Assembly: GCA_963847705.1 (NCBI GenBank)
Contig: CAWKBC010000032.1
Span: forward strand, 160,001-224,000
DNA length: 64,000 nt
Direction: 5' to 3'
Source: an uncultured Pseudomonadota bacterium
Lineage (GTDB): Bacteria > Myxococcota_A > Polyangia > Fen-1088
Part shown: positions 1-8,245 of the stretch, one piece after another
Position numbering within the stretch: position 1 is the stretch's first letter
Layout: the number at the start of each line of letters is the position of its first letter
Notes under the pieces: generated by a model
Told to the model about the DNA's origin: nothing
What the model saw: the letters and a program-made list of their open reading frames with translations, nothing else
Databases searched by the model: none
Program-made: the position numbers and the translations under genes

Positions 1-363
1 CGCCACGTCCGCACCGACTGGACCGACACCGGCCCCCTGCGTGATCTCCTCCGGGCGGCACGCATCGGCACCGCGGTGATCGCCGGGTCATCGGAGGGGG
101 GGCTGTTCGAATACGGGACCGACCCCGAGATCGAGGCCAACCTCGACTGTCTGCGCGACGAGGCGCCGTCCCATTTCGTCATGGTCGGCTCGGTGACCCG
201 GGCCGACGAGCCGATCCAGCGCCTGCGGGCGACCAGCCGCGCCGCCACCCGCCCGCGCGGGTTGACGGCGTTCCGCGCCCTGGCGGCGCGCTGCGGGTGG
301 CGGGTCACCCGCGCGCTCGAGCGCCCCTTCAGCGATCACGTCGTGCTCGCCCGCGCCCCCTGA
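1..363 (+). CDS. Partial (5'-truncated) hypothetical protein, possibly SAM-methyltransferase-like C-terminus
   Basis: Frame is open from base 1 to TGA 361-363 with GC-rich codon usage (…SSEGGLFEYG…FSDHVVLARAP). Confidence 0.55.
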   Translation, partial: RHVRTDWTDTGPLRDLLRAARIGTAVIAGSSEGGLFEYGTDPEIEANLDCLRDEAPSHFVMVGSVTRADEPIQRLRATSRAATRPRGLTAFRALAARCGWRVTRALERPFSDHVVLARAP

Positions 364-390
364 AACGGCCGAGCTGAGACATTCTGGCGC

Positions 391-1488
391 TTGCCCGAGC
401 CATCTCAGCCATTAGCTTCATGGGCGAACGCGATGCGGCGATCCGTTGGGCACGTGCGGCTGGGTTGGAAGGACTTCCTCAAGGAGGTCTACCGCGAGTA
501 CAGCCACGACAACGTCTCGGACACCGCCGCCGTCCTTGGTTACTACTTCGTCTACTCACTTTTCCCCTTTCTCTTCTTCCTCGCCACCCTGGCCGCCTAC
601 ATCCCGAACGTTCGGGTCTCGATGGAGACCCTGCTGGCGCGGGCCCACGCGCTCGTCCCTTCGATGGCGATGAGCATGATCGAGAAGAACCTGCGCGCCC
701 TGGTGGCGCACCCGCGGCCCCACTTGTTGACCATCGGGCTGGCCGGCACGCTCTACTCCGCTTCACGCGGCGTGGACGCCGTCCGCAGAGCGCTCAACCT
801 CGCCTACGACGTCAAGGAGTCGCGCCCCTTCTGGAAGACCGAGCTGCTGGCATTCGGAATGACGATCAGCAGCGCGGCGCTGATCCTGTTCGGGATCGCG
901 GCCCTGATCGCTGGCGGCAACGTCGGGTTGTGGGCGGCGGACAAGCTTCACATTGCCCCCGCCTACGTCGTCGTCTGGAGCTGGCTGCGCTGGCCGGTGA
1001 CGGCGGTGCTCATCATGTCGTGCGCGGCGACCGGCTACTACCTGCTCCCCGACGTCGAGCAGGAGTTCCGGTTCATCACGCCGGGCTCGGTGGTGGGGAC
1101 GCTGGTCTGGCTGCTGGGAACCTGGGGTTTCAGCCAGTACGCCGGCCACTTCGGCAGCTACAACGTCACCTTCGGCTCGATCGGCGGGGTCGTCCTGCTG
1201 ATGACCTGGTTCTACATCACCGCCTTCATCTTCATCATGGGCGGCGAGATCAACGCCATCTTGGAAGCGGCCTCCGAGGAGGGGAAAGCCTCGGGCGCCC
1301 GCGCCCCGGGCGAAGTGCCGCCGCCGCCCTCGCAGCGTCCGAGCGCGATGCCCCCCGGCGCCGCCAAGCGCGCCGAGGTCGCCGCGGAGACGCCCGGCGG
1401 AGCCACGCCACCGCCCGGCCTGCCCGCCCCCCCACCGCCGGCCACGCCAATCGCCCCCTACCCGCCCGCGGCAGACGACCCGCACTGA
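391..1488 (+). CDS. YihY/virulence factor BrkB family membrane protein
   Basis: AAVLGYYFVYSLFPFL, ALNLAY, PGSVVG and YNVTFGSIGGVVLLMTWFY motifs; multiple TM helices; Pro-rich tail. Start uncertain (391 TTG or ~433 ATG). Confidence 0.9.
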   Translation: MPEPSQPLASWANAMRRSVGHVRLGWKDFLKEVYREYSHDNVSDTAAVLGYYFVYSLFPFLFFLATLAAYIPNVRVSMETLLARAHALVPSMAMSMIEKNLRALVAHPRPHLLTIGLAGTLYSASRGVDAVRRALNLAYDVKESRPFWKTELLAFGMTISSAALILFGIAALIAGGNVGLWAADKLHIAPAYVVVWSWLRWPVTAVLIMSCAATGYYLLPDVEQEFRFITPGSVVGTLVWLLGTWGFSQYAGHFGSYNVTFGSIGGVVLLMTWFYITAFIFIMGGEINAILEAASEEGKASGARAPGEVPPPPSQRPSAMPPGAAKRAEVAAETPGGATPPPGLPAPPPPATPIAPYPPAADDPH

Positions 1489-1503
1489 GCCAAGCGGCGT
1501 CGG

Positions 1504-1680
1504 TTCCGGCCCCGGCTTCATCCAGCCGATGCACGGGGTGAGGTCACGCACGCCGCTCCATCGCGCCCTCTACGCGATCACCACCCCGCTCTTCCCGATC
1601 GTCAAGCTGCTGTCGGGAGGTCCCCATTCACCACCGAGGACATCGGGCGCGCCCTAATCGAGGCCGCCAAGGAGCCGAAC
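1504..1680 (+). pseudogene. Frameshifted C-terminal remnant of an NAD(P)-binding epimerase-like gene
   Basis: Reads FR/PGFIQPMHGVRSRTPLHRALYAITTPLFPIVKLL…/FTTEDIGRALIEAAK across frameshifts; resembles the C-terminus of the gene at 55955-56605 (FRPSLMKP…DVGRAMINAV). Confidence 0.55.
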
Positions 1681-2210
1681 TATTTACCGAACCCGGCGTC
1701 GATGATCTTCTCCGCGGCGGCCGCGTGCTTCTCCAGCGTCGGAAGAAGCTCGGTCAGGAGCTCGCGCAGCTGCGGGTCGGCGGTCTTGTCGCGCGCCGCC
1801 GTCAGCGCCCCGATCGCCTTGCGGTGATCGTCGAGCATCTCCTGGGCGAACTTCTTGTCGAAGTCGGGGCCCGTCGCCATCGTCCCCATGTCGTTGGGGC
1901 CGAGGGCCGGCGTGGCCGCCACCAGATCGACGTGCTCGCTTTGAGCCAGGGCAGCGACTCGGTCGTCGGCCGCCGTGTGGTCTTTGACCAGCATCTTTCC
2001 GTAATCCTGGACGGCCTTCGACTGGCCATCCTTCTGCGCGATGCGGCCGGCCTGGATCTCTTTCTGATCCGCCTCGTGCAAAGACCCCAGGACGTCGGCC
2101 GTCGTCGAGGTCTTGGGAGGATCCGCAGCGCGGCCACTCCCGTCGGCCACCAGCAAACCGCCCGCGATCAGCCCATAGCGCAAGAACCTCGTCCCGACAA
2201 CGATTGTCAT
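1680..2210 (-). CDS. DUF4142 (ferritin-like) secreted protein
   Basis: Signal peptide; EIQAG…AVQDYGKMLVKDH…FDKKFAQEMLDDH…LPTLEKH pattern; GAGGAGG RBS. Confidence 0.85.
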   Translation of the reverse strand: MTIVVGTRFLRYGLIAGGLLVADGSGRAADPPKTSTTADVLGSLHEADQKEIQAGRIAQKDGQSKAVQDYGKMLVKDHTAADDRVAALAQSEHVDLVAATPALGPNDMGTMATGPDFDKKFAQEMLDDHRKAIGALTAARDKTADPQLRELLTELLPTLEKHAAAAEKIIDAGFGK

Positions 2211-2286
2211 GGCTCCTCCTCAGCGGGCGTCTCGCACGCCTCGCCTACGGAAGGTGGGAGCGTAAGGGAAACCCGCAAGGTGCAGC

Positions 2287-3243
2287 TCAGCGGGCGCGCC
2301 GCGGGCCTGGAAGCTCGGCCGCCGCTGTCTCCCCGGCGAGCTCCCGGATGAGCGCGGCGATCTGGCTCAGCGTCGGCGCGAACGGCGAGGTCCGGCGCCA
2401 GCAGAGCCCGAGCGTCCGGAACGCCCGCCCGTCGGCCAGCGGCCGGATCGCCAGCGCCGCGTGTCGGCTCTCGGTGGCCACCGCCAACCGCGGCAGCAGC
2501 GTCACGCCCGCGCCGGCCGCCACCATCTGCGCCAGCGTCGAGAGGCTGGTGGCCCGGAAGTCGAGCTCGTGCGTGCGGGCGTGCGCGCAGACCGCCAGCG
2601 CCTGCTCGCGCAGGCAGTGCCCGTCGTCGAGCAGCAGCACGTCGGAGCCGCGGAGCTCGCTCATCTCGGCCGGCGCGGTCCGGCGCCCGAGCGGATGCGC
2701 GCGCGCCGTGGCCAGCACGAACGGATCGCGCCCGACCGGCTCACGCGCCAGATCGCCGAGATCGGCCTCCAGCGCCAGCAGCGCGCCCTCGAGCGCCCCC
2801 TCCTCGACCGCCCGCACGAGCACGTCGGTCTTCTCTTCCGTCCAGCGGACGACCAGCCCCGGCTGCGCGCGGCGCAGCGCCGGCACGATCCGCGGCAGCA
2901 GGTAGGGGGAGATCGTGGGGATGACCCCGAGGCGCAGCCGGGCGGTGCGCGGATCGCCGAGGCGCCGGGCGGCGTCCGCGAGATCGTCGGTCTCCGCCAG
3001 CAGGCGCCGCGCCCGGGCCACGACCTCCTCGCCGGCGGGGGTCGGCAGCACGCGGCGCCGGTCGCGCTCGAACAGGCGCACGCCCAGCGCCGACTCCAGC
3101 TGGGCCAGCTGCGCGCTCAGCGACGGCTGCGACACCCCACAGAGGGCGGCCGCCTTGCGAAAGCTGCGCGCGCTGGCCACCGCGACCGCATACTGCAGCT
3201 GCCGGGTGGTGAAGGGAGGTGGGGCCAGGCGCTTCGTCGTCAT
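2287..3243 (-). CDS. oxyR: LysR-family hydrogen-peroxide sensor OxyR
   Basis: LysR HTH (SFRKAAALCGVSQPSLSAQL); DGHCLREQALAVC carries both redox cysteines; ATSLSTL motif; divergent from ahpC. Confidence 0.9.
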   Translation of the reverse strand: MTTKRLAPPPFTTRQLQYAVAVASARSFRKAAALCGVSQPSLSAQLAQLESALGVRLFERDRRRVLPTPAGEEVVARARRLLAETDDLADAARRLGDPRTARLRLGVIPTISPYLLPRIVPALRRAQPGLVVRWTEEKTDVLVRAVEEGALEGALLALEADLGDLAREPVGRDPFVLATARAHPLGRRTAPAEMSELRGSDVLLLDDGHCLREQALAVCAHARTHELDFRATSLSTLAQMVAAGAGVTLLPRLAVATESRHAALAIRPLADGRAFRTLGLCWRRTSPFAPTLSQIAALIRELAGETAAAELPGPRRAR

Positions 3244-3278
3244 AGTCAAAAACTATGACATGGATACAAACGTTGTCT
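3242..3278. promoter_or_regulatory. OxyR-type binding site in the oxyR/ahpC intergenic region
   Basis: ATAG-N7-CTAT-N7-ATAC-N7 (ATAGtcaaaaaCTATgacatggATAC) matches the OxyR ATAG-N7-CTAT repeat consensus. Confidence 0.75.
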
Positions 3279-3326
3279 TGGCACTATCAGCCGGCCGGCG
3301 ACACTGTAGCGACCAAGGAGGCACAC

Positions 3327-3866
3327 ATGTTGACCATCGGAGACAAGTTTCCAGCGTTCAAACTGAAGGCGGCCGTCAGCCTGGAGAAGGGCAAGGAGTT
3401 CCAGGACGTCACCAGCGACGAGTACCCCGGCAAGTGGAAGGTCGTCTTCTTCTGGCCCAAGGACTTCACCTTCGTCTGCCCCACGGAGATCGCGGCGTTC
3501 GGCAAGAAGAACCGCGACTTCCTCGACCGCGATGCGCAGGTGCTGGGGGTGAGCACAGACAACGAGTTCGTCCACGTCGCCTGGCGCAAGAACCACCCCG
3601 ACCTCAAGGACCTGCCGTTCCCCATGCTCTCGGACATCAAGCACGACCTGTCGAATGCGCTCGGCATCCTGCACCCCACCGCGGGGGTGGCGATGCGCGC
3701 CACGTTCATCGTCGATCCGGAGAACGTGATCCGCTTCGTCTCGGTGACCGACCTCGACGTCGGCCGCAACGTCGACGAGGTGCTGCGGGTGCTCGACGCG
3801 CTGCAGACCGACGAGCTCTGCCCCTGCAACTGGCAGAAGGGTGAAGCGACCCTGCAGGTCGCCTGA
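3327..3866 (+). CDS. ahpC: Alkyl hydroperoxide reductase C (peroxiredoxin)
   Basis: FWPKDFTFVCPTE and ELCPCNW motifs; AAGGAGG RBS before ATG 3327. Confidence 0.95.
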   Translation: MLTIGDKFPAFKLKAAVSLEKGKEFQDVTSDEYPGKWKVVFFWPKDFTFVCPTEIAAFGKKNRDFLDRDAQVLGVSTDNEFVHVAWRKNHPDLKDLPFPMLSDIKHDLSNALGILHPTAGVAMRATFIVDPENVIRFVSVTDLDVGRNVDEVLRVLDALQTDELCPCNWQKGEATLQVA

Positions 3867-3868
3867 CC

Positions 3869-4417
3869 ATGTCCGCGCTCGACGAGCTGCGCGACGCCAT
3901 CCCCGACGCCGCGCGCGATCTGAAGCTGAACCTGCAATCGGTGCTGGCCGAGAGCAGCCTGTCGCCCGCGCAGCGCTGGGGAACCGCTGTCGCCGCAGCC
4001 GTCGCGTCGCGCAACCCACGCCTGCGCGACGCCGTCCTCGCCGAGGCGCGCGCGGTGACCGAAGCGGCGGTGGTCGATGACGCCATCGCCGCCGCCGCGC
4101 TGATGGGGATGAACAATGTCTACTACCGGTTCCGCCACCTCATCGGGCGCGACGTCTACTCGGAGAAGCCGGCCCGGCTGCGGATGAACCGCATCGCCAA
4201 GCCGGCCGGCAGCAAGCTCGACTTCGAGCTCTTCTGCCTGGCGGTCAGCGCCATCAACGGCTGCGAGAGCTGCCTCAAGGCCCACGAGAAGGTGGTCCTG
4301 GCCGGCGGCCTCTCGGAGGACCAGGTGCACGACGCCGTCCGGATCGCGGCGGTCATCCACGGCGCGGCGGTGGCGCTCGATCTGGTCCCGGCCAACCCCA
4401 CCACGTCCCCGGACTGA
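3869..4417 (+). CDS. ahpD: Alkyl hydroperoxidase AhpD (CMD family)
   Basis: MGMNNVYYRF and AVSAINGCESCLKAH motifs; directly downstream of ahpC. Confidence 0.92.
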   Translation: MSALDELRDAIPDAARDLKLNLQSVLAESSLSPAQRWGTAVAAAVASRNPRLRDAVLAEARAVTEAAVVDDAIAAAALMGMNNVYYRFRHLIGRDVYSEKPARLRMNRIAKPAGSKLDFELFCLAVSAINGCESCLKAHEKVVLAGGLSEDQVHDAVRIAAVIHGAAVALDLVPANPTTSPD

Positions 4418-4438
4418 AGGCACCCTCGAAGTTGGGGG

Positions 4439-4467
4439 TTGTCATCCCCGGCACCGCCGCGTATTTT
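4439..4467 (+). promoter_or_regulatory. Sigma70-type promoter upstream of the leader ORF and MATE gene
   Basis: TTGTCA (4439-4444), 17 bp spacer, TATTTT (4462-4467). Confidence 0.65.
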
Positions 4468-4479
4468 TCTCCTCCCGCC

Positions 4480-4554
4480 ATGAGCCAGCACCCCGTCATG
4501 ATTCCGTTCCCGCGCACCGTCGTCGACGGTGCCGGCCGGGTCCTGCGCGGGTAG
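4480..4554 (+). CDS. Putative 24-aa leader peptide (uORF) MSQHPVMIPFPRTVVDGAGRVLRG
   Basis: ATG 12 nt after the -10 box; overlaps inverted repeats and is followed by hairpin 4566-4598; precedes an efflux pump. Confidence 0.45.
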   Translation: MSQHPVMIPFPRTVVDGAGRVLRG

Positions 4555-4667
4555 CACTCGCGGAAGACGACCCCGGGCCGGATGAGCCGGGGATCGTCAA
4601 AGTCCGTCGCTGACGATCTGTGGCTCCTCCCGCCGGCAGCACCCGGCAGCATCGGATGGAGAGCCAG

Positions 4668-6110
4668 ATGACCAGTCCGCAGATCGAACAACCAGAATCG
4701 GCCAGCGCCGTCAGCGCCCAGCAACAGGAGCGGTTCTGGCCGCTCGTGCGCGAGGCGCTGAGCGGGTCGCGCCGCGATCTGACCGCGATGCCGCTGGCAC
4801 GCGCCATCGTTCTCCTGGCCGTCCCGATGGTGCTGGAGATGGTGATGGAGTCGATCTTCGCCATCGCCGACATCTTCTGGGTCTCCAAGCTGGGGGCCGA
4901 CGCGGTCGCCGCCGTTGGCCTGACCGAGAGCCTGCTGACCGTCGTGTACGCGATCGGGATGGGGATGGCGATGGGCGTGGGCGCGGTGGTGTCGCGCCGG
5001 ATCGGCGCCAAGGATCAGGAGGGCGCCTCGCGCGCCGCCGCCCAGGCGATCTTCATCGGCCTCGGGTTGGCCGCCGTGCTGGGGGTCCTGGGCGGTCTCT
5101 TCGCGCCGGCGCTGCTCGCCGCCATGGGCGCCTCGCCGGCGGTGATGGCGGTCGGCGCGGGCTACGCACGTCTGATGCTGGTGGGCGACGTCAGCATCCT
5201 CCTGCTGTTCCTCATCAACGCCGGATTCCGCGGGGCGGGCGACGCCGCCATCACCATGCGCGCGCTCTGGCTGGCGAACGGGATCAACATCCTGCTGGGC
5301 CCGCTGTTCGTGTTCGGGCTGGGGCCGTTCCCGCGGCTCGGCGTCACCGGCGCGGCGGTGGCGACCACCATAGGCCGCAGCATCGGCGTGCTCTTCCTGT
5401 TGCGGGCGCTGGCGCGCGGCCAGGGGCGCCTGGTGGTGCGGCGCGCGCAGCTCCGCCTCGACCCCGAGACGCTGAAGACGATCTTCCGGCTGGCCAAGGA
5501 CGGCATCGTGCAGACGCTGATCGGGTTCACCAGCTGGATCGGCCTGGTGAAGATCCTGGCGGCCTTCGGCAGCGTGCCGCTGGCCGGCTACACGATCGCC
5601 ATGCGGGTGGTGATGTTCATGCTCCTGCCGTCGTGGGGGCTCGGCAACGCGGCGGCGACGCTGGTGGGGCAGAACCTGGGCGCGGGCAACCCGGCGCGCG
5701 CCGAGTTAGCCGTCTGGAGAGCGGCGTTCTACAACTTCGTCTTTCTCGGCATCATTGGTGTGCTCCTGGTGCTGTTCGGCGACATGGTGGTCCGCCTGTT
5801 CACGCCCGACCCGGCCGTGGTCGCGCAGGGGGGGCGCTGCCTGCGCATCGTCGCTTCCGGCTTTGCGTTTTACGCTTACGGGATGGTCGTCACGCAGGCG
5901 TTCAACGGCGCCGGGGACACCCGGACCCCGACCGCGATCAACCTCGGCTGCTTCTGGCTGGGCGAGATCCCGCTCGCGCTGTTGCTGGCGCGCGGCTTCG
6001 GGCTCGGGCCGACGGGGGTCTATGTGGCGATCACCGCGGCGTTCTCGGCGGTGGCGGTCGTCTCCATCACGCTCTTCCGCCGCGGGCGCTGGAAGACTGT
6101 GAAGGTCTAG
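4668..6110 (+). CDS. MATE family efflux transporter
   Basis: LAVPMVLEM, FRGAGD, LVGQNLGAG and AFNGAGDT motifs; ~12 TM helices; GGAGAG RBS before ATG 4668. Confidence 0.93.
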   Translation: MTSPQIEQPESASAVSAQQQERFWPLVREALSGSRRDLTAMPLARAIVLLAVPMVLEMVMESIFAIADIFWVSKLGADAVAAVGLTESLLTVVYAIGMGMAMGVGAVVSRRIGAKDQEGASRAAAQAIFIGLGLAAVLGVLGGLFAPALLAAMGASPAVMAVGAGYARLMLVGDVSILLLFLINAGFRGAGDAAITMRALWLANGINILLGPLFVFGLGPFPRLGVTGAAVATTIGRSIGVLFLLRALARGQGRLVVRRAQLRLDPETLKTIFRLAKDGIVQTLIGFTSWIGLVKILAAFGSVPLAGYTIAMRVVMFMLLPSWGLGNAAATLVGQNLGAGNPARAELAVWRAAFYNFVFLGIIGVLLVLFGDMVVRLFTPDPAVVAQGGRCLRIVASGFAFYAYGMVVTQAFNGAGDTRTPTAINLGCFWLGEIPLALLLARGFGLGPTGVYVAITAAFSAVAVVSITLFRRGRWKTVKV

Positions 6111-6112
6111 CG

Positions 6113-6134
6113 TATCTATTCTATAGAACAGATA
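6113..6134. promoter_or_regulatory. AT-rich imperfect palindrome, operator-like
   Basis: TATCTATTCTATAGAACAGATA is 20/22 self-complementary with a perfect TTCTATAGAA core, inside a ~40-bp AT island. Confidence 0.45.
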
Positions 6135-6235
6135 TTTAAACTATAGATCGCTCGCCGCGCCCGGCGGTGCCGCGGCGATGCCCCGCGGTTGCGCGCCCGA
6201 CATCGACGGCACGACAGCTGCAGTACCACTCGGCC

Positions 6236-6622
6236 ATGACCGGACTCGAGTTCATCATGGCCGCCCGGGCCTTTCCGGGCGAACGGTTCGCCTTTCCCGC
6301 CGCCACGCTGGAGATCGGCCGCCGGATCATCAACCGCGAGCTGGCCGCCGTCGCGCGCCCCGGCGAGTCCTTCGCTCCCGGCGAGGAGGTCTACGCGCAC
6401 AGCGACGTGTCCGGACATGGCGCCGGCTTCATCGAACATGTCTGGACCCACGACGGTGTCGAGGTGGCGCGCCACTACATGCCGATCGGCGACGACCGGC
6501 GGTGGCGGACCTGGTCGCAGCATCGGCTCGAGGTGGGCGCCTACACGGTCGAGCTCTTCGGCCCCGACGGCAAGCGGATGGCGGTCAGGAACTTCTTCGT
6601 CGGCTCGACCGCCGGACGCTGA
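6236..6622 (+). CDS. DUF2914-like protein
   Basis: VYAHS…IEHVW…RWRTWS…GAYTVE…DG pattern. Confidence 0.65.
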   Translation: MTGLEFIMAARAFPGERFAFPAATLEIGRRIINRELAAVARPGESFAPGEEVYAHSDVSGHGAGFIEHVWTHDGVEVARHYMPIGDDRRWRTWSQHRLEVGAYTVELFGPDGKRMAVRNFFVGSTAGR

Positions 6623-6679
6623 TCGGACGTCGACCAGCTGCCCGCGGACGACCGTGGACGGGTATTCTCGCCGCCCGTC

Positions 6680-7441
6680 TTGGTGCTGTCACCCGCCGCC
6701 ATCGCCCTCCTCTCCGCGATCGCCGGGCTCGGCGGCTTCGTCAACGCGATCGCTGGCGGCGGCGGTCTCGTCACCCTGCCGGCGCTGCTGGCAGCCGGGC
6801 TGCCTCCGCAGCTCGCCATCGGGACGAACAAGGCGCAGGCCGTCTTCGGCGCCTTCACCTCGGTGGCCTCGTACTGGCACCAGGAGTCGCTCGACCGCGA
6901 GCGCGCGGCGCTCGGCTTCGCCGCCGGGTTCGTGGGCTCATCGATCGGAGCCCGGGCTCTGCTGGCCGTTCCCCTCGGTCCGCTGCGCGCCATCGTCATG
7001 GTGCTGCTGCTGGCGGCCGCCGCATTCCTGCTGGCCGGGCGCAACCTCGAGCCACGCCCACGCAGGCTCTCGACGCTGGTCGCGCGCCTGGCCCTCGTCG
7101 CCATCGGGCTCGTCCTGGGCGCCTACGACGGCTTCTTCGGACCCGGAACCGGCTCACTCCTGGTGGTGGCGTTCACCACCGTGTTCGGCGACAACCTGAC
7201 CCGCGCCTCCGGCAACGCCAAGGTGGTGAACTTCGCCTCGAACCTGGCCGCATTCCTGCTGTTCGCCTGGCGCGGGACCGTCATCTGGCGGATCTCGGTC
7301 CCGATGGCGGTGGCCAGCGTGATCGGCTCCGCGGCGGGCGCCCGCCTGGCCGTGCGCAACGGCGACCGGCTGGTGCGCGCCGTGGTCCTCGTCGTCGTGC
7401 TGGCAGTGGTGGTCAAGCTGGCCGTGGATCTGGCGCACTGA
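6680..7441 (+). CDS. TSUP (TauE/SafE) family membrane transporter
   Basis: AIAGGGGLVTLPALL, AIGTNK, YDGFFGPGTGS and AKVVNFASN motifs. Confidence 0.92.
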   Translation: MVLSPAAIALLSAIAGLGGFVNAIAGGGGLVTLPALLAAGLPPQLAIGTNKAQAVFGAFTSVASYWHQESLDRERAALGFAAGFVGSSIGARALLAVPLGPLRAIVMVLLLAAAAFLLAGRNLEPRPRRLSTLVARLALVAIGLVLGAYDGFFGPGTGSLLVVAFTTVFGDNLTRASGNAKVVNFASNLAAFLLFAWRGTVIWRISVPMAVASVIGSAAGARLAVRNGDRLVRAVVLVVVLAVVVKLAVDLAH

Positions 7442-7468
7442 AGCGAGCCATCCGCACCAGCCGGCGAG

Positions 7469-8245
7469 TCACCTCGGGACGCGGCGCGGGCGTTCGATGC
7501 GGACGTCGATCTCGCGCGCGTAGTGAACGAGCGGCGGCTGCTCGGCGAACGGCGGGAGGCCGGCGGCGGTGGTGAGCGACTGCCGCACCTGGAACGCGGC
7601 GGCCGGCTGCAGCGGGTACGGCGCGTGATGGACGCGGGCGCTCGAGAGCGTGCGTCCGTTCCAGGCGTAGAGGAGATAGCGCTCGGCCAGAAAGAACTCC
7701 AGCGATCCGACGGCCGCCGGCGCCGCCGGACCGGCGGGTCCGTACCGGGCCGAAAACTCCGCGGGCTGCTCGGAGCCGAGGCGGCGTGAGCGGTAAGAGA
7801 TCGTCGGCCCTTCGGAGAGCTCCAGCGCGATCCGCGCGTGAAAATACGGCAGGTGATAGCCGAGGCGCGCGCCCGCGACGGCGAGCCGGCTGGCCGCGTC
7901 CAGGCTGAAGAACCAGACCCCCGGATCGCGGCCCTGGCGGTGCACGTAGGTGCGCAGGTTCAGCTCGTGAAACGCCGGCGCGACCGGCAGTCCCAGCCGC
8001 GGCGTGCGCGACAGCGGGATGGTGAAGGGGACGACGCCGAGGTAGGCGACGCCGTCGAACGCATCGACCTCCAACCCCGGCGGGAGCAGCGGCGCGATCG
8101 CGGCGACGGCGACCGGCCAGTGCAGAAAGCCGAGGTGGCGCCAGACCTGACGCATCACGGGCCTCGTCGCCTGACCCGTGCTGGACCGCTCGCCGGTGGC
8201 GGCCCGCGCACGAAGCCGCTCGCCGTCGGTCGGCCGGGATGTCAC
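7469..8245 (-). CDS. DUF2071 / YqjF family protein
   Basis: MRQVWRHLGFLHWPV, FHELNLRTYV, GVWFFSLDA and FLAERY motifs. Confidence 0.88.
   Translation of the reverse strand: MTSRPTDGERLRARAATGERSSTGQATRPVMRQVWRHLGFLHWPVAVAAIAPLLPPGLEVDAFDGVAYLGVVPFTIPLSRTPRLGLPVAPAFHELNLRTYVHRQGRDPGVWFFSLDAASRLAVAGARLGYHLPYFHARIALELSEGPTISYRSRRLGSEQPAEFSARYGPAGPAAPAAVGSLEFFLAERYLLYAWNGRTLSSARVHHAPYPLQPAAAFQVRQSLTTAAGLPPFAEQPPLVHYAREIDVRIERPRRVPR

Noticed and set aside
2215-2286. Possible c-di-GMP riboswitch (GGGAAAC…CGCAAG)
   Set aside because: Wrong strand relative to the DUF4142 gene and the second stem/receptor is lacking.
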